NCBI GenBank assembly: GCA_964357395.1
Contig: CAYHLC010000001.1
Coordinates: 55,599-119,598, forward strand
Origin: an uncultured Candidatus Saccharibacteria bacterium
Lineage (GTDB): Bacteria; Patescibacteriota; Minisyncoccia; Phycocordibacterales; Phycocordibacteraceae
Reading direction: 5' to 3'
DNA: 64,000 nt
Shown piece by piece: positions 8,932 to 19,526 of this stretch. The notes beneath the pieces were generated by a model. It was given only the letters and a program-made list of their open reading frames with translations, was not told the DNA's origin and did not search any database. Every line of letters starts with the position of its first letter. Position 1 is the first letter of the stretch. A program made the position numbers and the translations under genes.

Positions 8932-9765
8932 ATGGACCTTGTACTAGCTATCTTTTTTGGAGCTCTCGGCGCATGCGTCGGGAGCTTCTTAAATGTTGTG
9001 GTACTGCGCTTTGGTTTTGGAGAGCGGCCGAATGCTCGCTCGGAGTGTGCCGGATGCGGCACGCAGCTCCACGCCTCAGACCTGGTACCCATTTTTTCGT
9101 ACCTCTTTCTCGGAGGCAGGTGCCGCTCGTGCGGCAGTGGACTGAATCCCCAATATCCGCTGATCGAGTTCTGCACAGCACTCCTTTTTGCGCTGACGTA
9201 CCTTGGCTTGTTGCCCGCAAGTCTATTTGAGATAGGGGAGTTCCTGGCACTCCTCGGCTTTTGGTCTGCATTTATGGCGCTTGTTGCGTACGACATACGC
9301 CACACGCTAATCCCGCTCCCGTTTATCTACGCACTCTTCGGATTTGCAGGACTTATGGCAGGTGTACGCGCACTTGCAGATGTATCCCTCGAGCCTCTTG
9401 GTTACGCACTCCTCGGCGCACTTGTTTGTGGAGGGTTCTTCGCACTGATCCACGTCGTTACCAACGGGAAGGGGATGGGAATTGGAGACGCGTATGTCGC
9501 AGCTGCTATTGGGGCTGCCTTTGGTGTAGGACAGGGAGTAGCAGCAAGTATTCTTGGGGTGTGGATTGGAGCGTTGGTAGGCGTTGTCGCACTCCTCATT
9601 GGGCGGCTTTTTCCTCACGCGGCGGTCACCCTCTATGGACGGCGGGTTACACTGTCTACAGAGATCCCGTTCGCACCATTCCTCATGATCGGTGCCGTGG
9701 TCGCTACACTATGCCACGTGGATTTTCTCTCATCGAACTTCTTGTTGTTGTCGGGATTTTTATAG
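8932..9765 (+). CDS. pilD: Prepilin peptidase PilD (A24 family aspartic peptidase / N-methyltransferase)
   Basis: 277 aa from MDLVLAIFFGALG. N-terminal CxxC...CxxC zinc motif (CAGCG...CRSCGS). Multiple TM helices. GIGDAYV-type second catalytic Asp region. Confidence 0.85.
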   Translation: MDLVLAIFFGALGACVGSFLNVVVLRFGFGERPNARSECAGCGTQLHASDLVPIFSYLFLGGRCRSCGSGLNPQYPLIEFCTALLFALTYLGLLPASLFEIGEFLALLGFWSAFMALVAYDIRHTLIPLPFIYALFGFAGLMAGVRALADVSLEPLGYALLGALVCGGFFALIHVVTNGKGMGIGDAYVAAAIGAAFGVGQGVAASILGVWIGALVGVVALLIGRLFPHAAVTLYGRRVTLSTEIPFAPFLMIGAVVATLCHVDFLSSNFLLLSGFL

Positions 9766-10268
9766 TGATCACGTCGGTGATTCTTGCAAACCACTCGCGC
9801 TTTTATAGCTCGGTCCTCCTTGGGAATGCCGCCTACGATATCGCGCTCTCGGTGCGTGGTGCGCAGGTGTATGGCCTGTCGACCCAGTCGACCGGAGGCA
9901 GCTTTAATGTGGGATACGGCATCCACTTTACGACGGGGGCTAACACCTACCTCCTCTTTGCAGACAACGACCGCGATCATATCTATGACAATCCGGGTGA
10001 CACTATTCTCAAGACGTATGGCTTTCAGCGTGGGTACCAGATACAGAAATTCTGCGGCGTCCAATCGAACGGGAGCGAGCACTGCTCGAACACGGGGGAT
10101 ATCCCCTTCCTCGATGTCGCATTCCTCCGTCCTAATCCTGATGCATGGATCTTGAGCTCCACCGGTATTACCTACTCGCAGATAAAGGTGACAATCCGCT
10201 CAGGTTCTGATGAGACGCGCACCGTATCTGTGCAGTCGACCGGACAGATAACCGTATCCAATCCATGA
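9711..10268 (+). CDS. Minor pilin / pseudopilin 1
   Basis: 185 aa from MPRG|FSLIELLVVVGIFIV (Glu +5). The start lies 55 nt inside the 3' end of pilD in another frame. The annotated ORF 9261..10268 carries an upstream non-coding extension. Confidence 0.65.
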   Translation: MPRGFSLIELLVVVGIFIVITSVILANHSRFYSSVLLGNAAYDIALSVRGAQVYGLSTQSTGGSFNVGYGIHFTTGANTYLLFADNDRDHIYDNPGDTILKTYGFQRGYQIQKFCGVQSNGSEHCSNTGDIPFLDVAFLRPNPDAWILSSTGITYSQIKVTIRSGSDETRTVSVQSTGQITVSNP

Positions 10269-10837
10269 GAGGCTTTACACTCATAGAGCTTATGGTCGCA
10301 GTGTCGATCTTCGCTATCGTTATGATGGTTGGTGTGGGAGCCCTCCTCACCATGGTTTCGGTAAACAAGCGCGCGCAGGGTATCAACTCGGTGATGAACA
10401 ACCTCAACGCAGCCGTAGAGCAGATAGCCCGCGCGACACGTGTGGGCTCTGCCTATCACTGCGCAGCATCGCCGAACGACTTCAGTAACATTTCCGTACC
10501 GGCAGATTGTGCGGTCAATGGGGGACTACTGTTCGCCTTTGAGGCGACGAACGGAAACGTACTCGATACCAACGATCAGGTAGTGTACCGCCTCAATGGC
10601 ACGCAGCTCGAGCGCTCGCTCCGCTCAGGCATAAACGGAACATGGGTGGCGCTCACCTCACCGGAGGTACATATCACCTCATTTAAGTTTTATGTCACTG
10701 GTTCGACACCGCTTACGAGCGGCGATTCGGTGCAGCCGAGGCTCCTCATGATCATCCATGGCACTGCAGAGTTGCAGGGAGGCCCAACTGACTTCGTGGT
10801 GCAGTCGTCCGTAACACAACGCCTCATCGACCTATGA
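10265..10837 (+). CDS. Minor pilin / pseudopilin 2
   Basis: 190 aa. MRG|FTLIELMVAVSIFAIVMM with Glu +5. ATGA coupling to neighbours. Confidence 0.7.
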   Translation: MRGFTLIELMVAVSIFAIVMMVGVGALLTMVSVNKRAQGINSVMNNLNAAVEQIARATRVGSAYHCAASPNDFSNISVPADCAVNGGLLFAFEATNGNVLDTNDQVVYRLNGTQLERSLRSGINGTWVALTSPEVHITSFKFYVTGSTPLTSGDSVQPRLLMIIHGTAELQGGPTDFVVQSSVTQRLIDL

Positions 10838-11331
10838 ACAAAACACTTTCAGCATTTACCTTGCTAGAAACATTGGTCGCCGTGGCGGTACTGCTTATGT
10901 CGCTCCTTGGCCCGTTTAGTATTGCGCAGCAGTCTCTGAAGAGCGCGTACTATGCGCGCGACCAAGTGACTGCGTACTACCTGGCGCAAGAGGGGCTCGA
11001 GTTTGTGCGTGCTATTCGGGATCAGAACTACCTATCAGGCTCGTCGTGGCTCACTGGTATTAGCACGTGTACCGCAGTGCAGTGCACTGTCGACATGCCG
11101 AACTTTGTCTATGCAACCTGCTCGGGCCCGTGTACAGCGCTCAAGGTGTCTGCTGTTGGAGGCCTCTTCAACCAAGCAAACGGGACTCCGTCTAAGTTCG
11201 TACGCAGTGTATCCCTAATGAACGTTGCTGGGGATCCGAATCAGGTTATTGTTACGGTGACCGTCTCCTGGATCTCTGCCGGCATCTCTCGTACCTTCTC
11301 TCTACAGGAACGTCTCTTTAATTGGCTATGA
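10834..11331 (+). CDS. Pilin-like protein 3 (Ala at -1 of the putative cleavage site)
   Basis: 165 aa. MNKTLSA|FTLLETLVAVAVLL with Glu +5 but Ala instead of Gly at -1. Confidence 0.55.
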   Translation: MNKTLSAFTLLETLVAVAVLLMSLLGPFSIAQQSLKSAYYARDQVTAYYLAQEGLEFVRAIRDQNYLSGSSWLTGISTCTAVQCTVDMPNFVYATCSGPCTALKVSAVGGLFNQANGTPSKFVRSVSLMNVAGDPNQVIVTVTVSWISAGISRTFSLQERLFNWL

Positions 11332-11780
11332 TCAAAACTCCTCGCGGCTTCACCCTACTTATGTCAGTCGTTATCTCGGGAGTCTTGTTGACGCTCGGCT
11401 ATGAGATATACAACCTCGCCGTGAAGGAGGTAGAGCTCTCCTCCTCCGGTCGCGAGTCGCAGTTTGCGTTCTACTCTGCTGATACCGGCATTGAGTGTGC
11501 GCTCTACCTCGACACCAAGCAAGACGCGTTTGCGACCACATCTGCACTTACCCAAGTTACGTGCGGCACGGCGGTATCACCACTCACACGCACCACGGTC
11601 GGTACTGATTACATCACCACCTTCGCCTTCTCACTCGGAGGGGGGATCAACACGCAGTGCGTGGACGTACGCGTCACGAGGCAGAACCCACAGAAAACTA
11701 TCATCGAGTCCTACGGCCACAACACGTGCGTCCTTACCAACCCGCGCCGGCTGGAGCGCGCCATCCGCGTCACCTACTAA
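11322..11780 (+). CDS. Pilin-like protein 4 (no Glu +5; GspK/PilX-like class)
   Basis: 152 aa. MAMIKTPRG|FTLLMSVVISGVLL. Confidence 0.6.
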   Translation: MAMIKTPRGFTLLMSVVISGVLLTLGYEIYNLAVKEVELSSSGRESQFAFYSADTGIECALYLDTKQDAFATTSALTQVTCGTAVSPLTRTTVGTDYITTFAFSLGGGINTQCVDVRVTRQNPQKTIIESYGHNTCVLTNPRRLERAIRVTY

Positions 11781-11808
11781 AAACCCCCGCAGTGGGGGAT
11801 TTTGATCG
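11781..11808 (+). terminator. Rho-independent terminator closing the pilus operon
   Basis: aaaaaccccc-gcagt-gggggatttt: GC stem followed by a T-run, directly after the last pilin stop. Confidence 0.6.
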
Positions 11809-11933
11809 GTCTTCTATTAATTGAAGCTGTGATCTGGGCAGTATCTACGTCCCTTCTGAGGACATGTTGGCTCAGTACACTTTGCGCCGGCACCAGTAGC
11901 TTCCTGATAATTTATGGACGCGTATTTTTCTGA

Positions 11934-14006
<2,073 letters not shown>

Positions 14007-14022
14007 GTGTTACAATCCGAAC

Positions 14023-14313
14023 ATGTCAGTCTCGTCAGATGATGTTAAAAAGCTAGCGGAATTGTCGCGGCTCGCACTCACCCCCGAGGAGATAGAAAAG
14101 ATGCGCAGCGAGATCGAGGCCATCTTGGCCTACGTTGAGGCGATACAGAAGGTACCCCTACCAGAGGGCATCGCACAGTCCCCACACCTTGACTTACAGA
14201 ACGTGATGCGCCCCGACGGCGAGCCGCACGAGGGTGGTATCTATACCGATGCTATGGTCAAGCAGATGCCAGATAAGGTTGGTAATGCTCTGAAGACAAA
14301 GAAGATACTATGA
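14023..14313 (+). CDS. gatC: Asp-tRNA(Asn)/Glu-tRNA(Gln) amidotransferase subunit C
   Basis: 96 aa. LSRLALTPEEIEKM...LAYVEAIQKV is typical of GatC. Coupled to gatA. Confidence 0.8.
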   Translation: MSVSSDDVKKLAELSRLALTPEEIEKMRSEIEAILAYVEAIQKVPLPEGIAQSPHLDLQNVMRPDGEPHEGGIYTDAMVKQMPDKVGNALKTKKIL

Positions 14314-15719
14314 GCGATCTCACTAACCTCACTGCAGAAGAACTCGCCGCGGGCTATCGCGCTAAACAATTTACTGCTACCGAAGTAACTGACGCGCACC
14401 TTGCTCGTATCGAAGCTGGCAACAAAGATCTGAATATCTATCTCGAGGTGTATGACGATGCGCAAGCGATGGCCAAGAAGGCTGACACGGCACTCGCTTC
14501 GGGCAGTGCACACGCTCTAACCGGAGTACCGATCGCTATTAAGGACAACATCATGGTGAAGGGCAAGATCGCGAGCGCCGGATCGAACATGCTCCGCAAC
14601 CACACTGCGGTGTATGACGCGACCTGCATTACTCGTCTCAAGGATGCTGGTGCAGTGTTCCTTGGCAGGGTAAACATGGACGAGTTCGCGATGGGGACCT
14701 CGACAGAGCACTCGGCATACGGACCAACACGAAACCCAGTAGACCCGACACGTGTCCCTGGCGGAACGTCAGGAGGATCCGCAGCAGCAGTAGCTGCAAA
14801 CATGGCCCCGATCGCGCTCGGCACCGACACCGGCGGCTCGGTGCGTCAACCATCTGCACTTTGTGGTGTATACGGCTTCAAGCCAACCTACGGTGGGATA
14901 TCTCGCTACGGACTTGTTGCTATGGGCTCGTCACTCGACCAGCTTGGTATCGTTGCTCGCAACGTGTCTGACATCGAAACGACGTATAAGGTAGTAAGCG
15001 GTATCGATGTGATGGATGGAACAACACTGCCCGAGGCACCAACACCCACAACAAACAAGCGCATTGCCGTTCCGCGCGCCTTTATCAAAGACGCACAGCC
15101 GGATGTAGTTAAGGAGTTCGAGCGGGGGTTGGAGGTGATGGCAAAGGCGGGGTACGAAATAGTCGACGTCGAACTTCCAGTTGCGCCGCACGCGCTCGCT
15201 GCCTACTACATCATTATGCCAGCGGAGCTCTCGACCAACCTAGCGCGCTTCGACGGTATGCGGTACGGCCTCCACAAAGAGGGTGCCAAGCTTCTTGATG
15301 ACTACAAGCTCTCGCGCGCAGCAGGATTCGGGGCAGAAGCTCGTAGACGAATCATCCTCGGTACATACGTCCTCTCGGCCGGCTACTACGATGCGTACTA
15401 CAAGCGGGCGTGCGCTCTCCGGAGCGAGTTGGTACACGAGTTTGATGGTGTGTTTAAGGACGCGTCGTTCATCGCAACACCAACAGCACCAGGACCAGCG
15501 TTCAAGATAGGGGAGAAGCTGGACCCACTCTCCCTCTATCTCGAAGACATCTTCACTGTCTCTGCCAACCTCGCGGGTATACCTGCTATATCGGTCCCTT
15601 GCGGAACAGTGGAGCGGGAGGGGAAGAGCCTTCCGGTCGGGATACAATTCATGAGCCCCAAGCGTACGGAAAGTGCGTTGTTCAGGGTCGCCCGCGATGT
15701 CACTACCGATCATCAGTAA
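14310..15719 (+). CDS. gatA: Glutamyl-tRNA(Gln) amidotransferase subunit A (amidase signature)
   Basis: 469 aa. Amidase signature GGSSGGSAAAVA-like (GGTSGGSAAAVAA) and KDN catalytic region. Confidence 0.95.
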   Translation: MSDLTNLTAEELAAGYRAKQFTATEVTDAHLARIEAGNKDLNIYLEVYDDAQAMAKKADTALASGSAHALTGVPIAIKDNIMVKGKIASAGSNMLRNHTAVYDATCITRLKDAGAVFLGRVNMDEFAMGTSTEHSAYGPTRNPVDPTRVPGGTSGGSAAAVAANMAPIALGTDTGGSVRQPSALCGVYGFKPTYGGISRYGLVAMGSSLDQLGIVARNVSDIETTYKVVSGIDVMDGTTLPEAPTPTTNKRIAVPRAFIKDAQPDVVKEFERGLEVMAKAGYEIVDVELPVAPHALAAYYIIMPAELSTNLARFDGMRYGLHKEGAKLLDDYKLSRAAGFGAEARRRIILGTYVLSAGYYDAYYKRACALRSELVHEFDGVFKDASFIATPTAPGPAFKIGEKLDPLSLYLEDIFTVSANLAGIPAISVPCGTVEREGKSLPVGIQFMSPKRTESALFRVARDVTTDHQ

Positions 15720-16494
15720 TACAGCCGCTGCGGCTCCTGCCGTGCCGTTCTTGAACCTGCAGTACATCTACTGCAGCATCAGCGCGTTGTTCGGCAAGGC
15801 GTGTGCAAATGTGGGTACGCCAGATGTGCCAAGCGTGCCCGACGTATCCGGATCTATACCCACAACTACACTTCCTGTTGCTGACACTGGTGGCTTCTGG
15901 TCATGGCTGTGGCCGTTTGGTAGCAGTGGTGGAAGTACGAGCGATGTAGTGATCGCAACAACCACAGCGGCGAGCGAGCCCGGATTCCTACTTACGACCG
16001 TTGGGGTGATCGGCAGTGTCCTCTTTGGGTTGTGGACCCTCTTCAGTTGGATCTCGTACACGGTATCGTTTGGGATCTTTATTGTCATCGTGGTCGCGTT
16101 CGCCGGGCTTGTACTCATCCGCATGGACGAGTGGCAGCGCTACGGAACACTGCCGCCGCCGCTCCGCTCGGTAACGAAGGGCAAACAACGCTGGCAGGAC
16201 CTCCTCAACGAAGCTATGTCCTCGGAGCCAAAGCGCTGGCGAGAGGCGATAATCGCTGCTGACAATATGCTCGGCATCCTCCTCACACGGCTTGGATACC
16301 ACGGCAAGACGACTGGCGAGCAGATGCGCGCCGTGCCCGAGGGGGCGTTCGTTACCGTCCCGGTTGCGTGGGAGGCGCACCGCGTCAAGAACTTCGTAGC
16401 AGCCCGCTCATCGGACTTCGTCCTCACTCAGCGTGAGGCCTTCCGCGTTATGAAGCTCTACGAACAAGTCTTCGAAGAATTCGATTTCATCTAG
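15673..16494 (+). CDS. Hypothetical membrane protein (Ser/Thr-rich N-region, two TM helices, conserved C-terminal soluble domain)
   Basis: 273 aa; a start at M9 (15697) is also possible. Overlaps the gatA 3' end. TM segments FLLTTVGVIGSVLFGLWTLF and FGIFIVIVVAFAGLVLI. Ends ...YEQVFEEFDFI. Confidence 0.4.
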   Translation: MRCSGSPAMSLPIISNTAAAAPAVPFLNLQYIYCSISALFGKACANVGTPDVPSVPDVSGSIPTTTLPVADTGGFWSWLWPFGSSGGSTSDVVIATTTAASEPGFLLTTVGVIGSVLFGLWTLFSWISYTVSFGIFIVIVVAFAGLVLIRMDEWQRYGTLPPPLRSVTKGKQRWQDLLNEAMSSEPKRWREAIIAADNMLGILLTRLGYHGKTTGEQMRAVPEGAFVTVPVAWEAHRVKNFVAARSSDFVLTQREAFRVMKLYEQVFEEFDFI

Positions 16495-16495
16495 T

Positions 16496-17248
16496 ATGCG
16501 CTTACTGCAGTGGAATGTTTGGTACAAGGAGGATGCACAGAACATGCTCGCGGTATTGAAGGAGACAGCTCCCGACATTGCGTGCCTGCAGGAACTCACG
16601 GTTAGCCACCCGCACCACAACGTCGGTGTTCATGTGCCCGATTTCCTCGCGAAAGGCATGGGATACAACTGCTACTTCAAGGAATCCCAGACTGAGATGT
16701 TTGAAGGCGAGTTGCGAGGGTTCGGGAACGCGATCCTCAGTCGCTACCCGATATCAGACACGCGCTTTGTGTATCTACAGGAGCCGCTGGACCCGAACAT
16801 CCACGATGCGGACTATGCCGACGAGGGCAGGGCATACATCGAGGCGATGCTCGACGTGGGTGGTGCTCCGCTTACGGTCGGGACTACACACGCTGCGTAC
16901 GCGCATATGTTTGAGCAGAGCGTCGCCAAGGTTGCAGAGGCAAGTAAGATTCTTGCTGCCGTTGCGGACAAAAGAGAGAGATTCATGTTCTGCGCAGACC
17001 TAAACGCGACACCGGACTCGCTCATAGTTACCGAGCTATCTAAGCTATTCCAAAATGCAGGCCCGGCCTTTGAGGAGAACACGTGGACCAACAAGCCCTT
17101 TTCCTACAAAGGCTTTGATGCAATGTCGCTCGATTGGCGTATCGACCACTGCTTCGCAACTCGCGATATCCGCATCAACTCTGCAAAAGTGGTGCAAACC
17201 CCACACTCCGACCACCTCCCAATCCTCGTCGGCTTCGACTTTACTTAG
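16496..17248 (+). CDS. Endonuclease/exonuclease/phosphatase (EEP) family protein
   Basis: 250 aa. N-terminal LLQWNVW...CLQE and C-terminal SDHLPILVGFDF are hallmark EEP motifs. Confidence 0.8.
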   Translation: MRLLQWNVWYKEDAQNMLAVLKETAPDIACLQELTVSHPHHNVGVHVPDFLAKGMGYNCYFKESQTEMFEGELRGFGNAILSRYPISDTRFVYLQEPLDPNIHDADYADEGRAYIEAMLDVGGAPLTVGTTHAAYAHMFEQSVAKVAEASKILAAVADKRERFMFCADLNATPDSLIVTELSKLFQNAGPAFEENTWTNKPFSYKGFDAMSLDWRIDHCFATRDIRINSAKVVQTPHSDHLPILVGFDFT

Positions 17249-17382
17249 CAGCCTCTCGCTAAAAACGAGAAGTTTACCAAAGTCTCACGATCGTGGAAGT
17301 TTGGTAAACTTTCATATTCAAAATTAAGCACGTGCTCAAATTTGAATACAATGTTTGTGGTGTCTATATGATGTAGCGCACA

Positions 17383-17411
17383 TTGCGACTTCAGTTAGGG
17401 GGGTGTATACT
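17383..17411 (+). promoter_or_regulatory. Sigma70-type promoter for the candidate tmRNA
   Basis: TTGCGA (17383-17388), 17-nt spacer, TATACT (17406-17411). The predicted start at ~17418-17420 coincides with the 5' acceptor strand of the tRNA-like domain. Confidence 0.4.
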
Positions 17412-17419
17412 CTCAAACA

Positions 17420-17697
17420 GCGGGGTAGAGGAGTGGTACCTCGGGAGGCTCAATTGGGCTGGCGGAACAGTAATGATCCGTTGATAACCTGCCAAATTCG
17501 GTGAAGTCTTAACTGATAACGCCGAGCCAAGCCCTTCAGATACAGATTTGTTGGGAAGGTGTAGAGACTAGACGGTAGGCACCCCATGCGGGTGAAGGCA
17601 TAGTCCAGACCACGCACTTGAGGATGTCTCAGGGCGGCGAAAGTCGAAGTGGTATGCATAACCTCCAGACCTCGGTTCGAATCCGAGCCCCGCAACA
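17420..17697 (+). ncRNA. ssrA: Candidate tmRNA (SsrA) or other structured RNA with a tRNA-like terminus
   Basis: 5' GCGGGGU pairs with 3' GCCCCGC immediately after a canonical T-arm (CTCGG-TTCGAAT-CCGAG, 17671-17687). About 275 nt between the strands, flanked by its own promoter and a strong terminator. Not covered by any credible ORF. The tag reading frame was not confidently identified by eye. Confidence 0.5.
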
Positions 17698-17709
17698 AGC
17701 GAACACAGG

Positions 17710-17733
17710 AAGCCGCCGCAAGGCGGTTTTTTG
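17710..17733 (+). terminator. Rho-independent terminator after the candidate tmRNA
   Basis: gccgcc-gcaa-ggcgg followed by tttttt. Confidence 0.7.
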
Positions 17734-18027
17734 TATATACTGTGGACTATGGACCATCAGGAACAAAAACAGTTTACTCGTCACAATGCATTAAACCTTA
17801 GGTACTGGAAACTTAGTAGGGTACTCACCCCGCTCGCAGTGCTCGCTGTCGTTACTGCGGGACTTGCGGACGCTATGTATTTTGGGTTAGACATGCCGGA
17901 TTCGTTTATCACAACGCTGGTGACGCTCAATAGTCTTTCCCTTGTTGCAACACTCGCAGCGTTTGGAGTTCGTGGCCTAGAGCAGAGGCACACGAGCAAA
18001 GCACTCGGAATCGTCTACAAGCAGTAG
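17731..18027 (+). CDS. Hypothetical small membrane protein
   Basis: 98 aa. Two predicted TM helices. No family motif recognised. Confidence 0.35.
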   Translation: MYILWTMDHQEQKQFTRHNALNLRYWKLSRVLTPLAVLAVVTAGLADAMYFGLDMPDSFITTLVTLNSLSLVATLAAFGVRGLEQRHTSKALGIVYKQ

Positions 18028-18064
18028 ATAAGTGAGTACGTATGGCTTGCTATACTTTAGGGGT

Positions 18065-19084
18065 ATGGCAATCAAGGTGGGGATCAACGGGTTTGGGCGC
18101 ATCGGACGAGTATTCTTCCGCTTTGCACACAAGAACCCCGCTATCGAGATAGTCGCTATCAACGACCTCGCATCAACCGAGGCGATGGCATCGCTCCTCC
18201 AGCGGGACACCGTATACGGCAAGGCGCCATTCATAGTGAGTGTAAAGGAGGACAACCTCCTCGTAGACGGCAAGCAGATTAAGGTGCTTTTTGAAAAGGA
18301 TCCAAACAAAATCCCTTGGGGGGAGCACGGAGTGGATGTAGTAGTAGAGTCGACGGGCGCGTTCGATTCGTTTGAGAAGGCACAGGCGCACCTCGTAGGT
18401 GGTGCCAAGCGAGTTGTGATCAGTGCCCCAGCCAAGGACGCTGCAACAAACACGATAGGCGCGACAGTCCTCGTCGGCATCAACGAAGATAAGCTGAAGA
18501 CCTGCAAGGTGAGTGCTAACGCATCATGCACCACGAACGCGGGGTCGCCGCTCATAGCAATACTGGACGAGGCGCTCGGCATCGAGCATGCGCTCCTATC
18601 GACGACACATGCGCTGACGGCATCACAAGCCTTGGTGGATGGACCCTCGAAGGGCAAGGGTCGCGAGTGGCGCGCGGGTGGTCACAACCTCGTCCCAACC
18701 TCGACCGGCGCAGCAATCGCAGTGACGCAGGCACTCCCACAGTTGGACAAAAAGTTTGATGGCATTGCGATACGCGTGCCCGTACTCTGCGGCTCGCTGG
18801 TCGATGTTACGTTTGTCTCGAAGCGGCCAACATCAGCTGAGGAAGTGAACGCGATACTACGGAAGGCTGCCGCTCTGCATAGGTGGGAAGGGATATTCAC
18901 CACCACAGACGAAGAGCTAGTCTCCTCTGACATCGTGGGCGATCTACACGCGTCTATAGCCGACCTTGCACTGACGCGTGTCGTAGGAGGAACATTGGTA
19001 AAGGTGATGGCCTGGTACGACAACGAGATGGGGTATGTACCCACATTGCTCCGCCACGTCATCAAGGCTGGGTCGTATGTTTAA
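18065..19084 (+). CDS. gap: Glyceraldehyde-3-phosphate dehydrogenase
   Basis: 339 aa from MAIKVGINGFGRIGR (Rossmann NAD motif). Catalytic SCTTN motif (ASCTTNAGSP). C-terminal WYDNEMGY. Confidence 0.9.
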   Translation: MAIKVGINGFGRIGRVFFRFAHKNPAIEIVAINDLASTEAMASLLQRDTVYGKAPFIVSVKEDNLLVDGKQIKVLFEKDPNKIPWGEHGVDVVVESTGAFDSFEKAQAHLVGGAKRVVISAPAKDAATNTIGATVLVGINEDKLKTCKVSANASCTTNAGSPLIAILDEALGIEHALLSTTHALTASQALVDGPSKGKGREWRAGGHNLVPTSTGAAIAVTQALPQLDKKFDGIAIRVPVLCGSLVDVTFVSKRPTSAEEVNAILRKAAALHRWEGIFTTTDEELVSSDIVGDLHASIADLALTRVVGGTLVKVMAWYDNEMGYVPTLLRHVIKAGSYV

Positions 19085-19526
19085 GGGTACGGTATACCTC
19101 GCGACTGACCACGCGGGCTTTGCGCTCCGCAACGCTATTAGTGACCGCCTGTCCGCTGCGCACGTGCGCGTCGTGGATATGGGCGCGACGAAGCTAAGTG
19201 TCGATGACGACTTCCCCGACTTTATCGAGCCAGCGGCAGAGAAGGTGGTGGCGGACTCCACTGCGCGCGGCATTATCCTCGGCAAGACGGGCGAGGGGGA
19301 GGCGATGGATGCGAACCGGATCATTGGTGTACGTGCGGCTGTCTATAATGGTGGCGACCTCGAGATAGTACGGCTCGCAAGGCAGCACAATGATGCCAAC
19401 ATCCTTTCCTTGGGCGCAGGATTCCTTACGGAAGAACAAGCGTGGGACGCAGTCAAGATCTTTTTGGAAACACCATTTTCGGGTGATGAGCGCCATGAAC
19501 GGCGTATAGCAAAGCTCGATGATTGA
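19077..19526 (+). CDS. rpiB: Ribose-5-phosphate isomerase B (RpiB/LacAB family)
   Basis: 149 aa from MFKGTVYLATDHAGF. Overlaps the gap stop by 8 nt in the +1 frame. Confidence 0.85.
   Translation: MFKGTVYLATDHAGFALRNAISDRLSAAHVRVVDMGATKLSVDDDFPDFIEPAAEKVVADSTARGIILGKTGEGEAMDANRIIGVRAAVYNGGDLEIVRLARQHNDANILSLGAGFLTEEQAWDAVKIFLETPFSGDERHERRIAKLDD

Noticed and set aside
9261-9710. N-terminal 150 aa of ORF 9261..10268
   Set aside because: In-frame readthrough across the pilD coding region in another frame. The prepilin leader MPRGFSLIEL marks the real start at 9711.
17395-17700. RNase P RNA or a minus-strand tmRNA as alternative identity of the structured RNA
   Set aside because: No GGAAAGUCCGG or AGGGUGAAA-like RNase P core motifs. 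The flanking terminator and promoter are plus-oriented.
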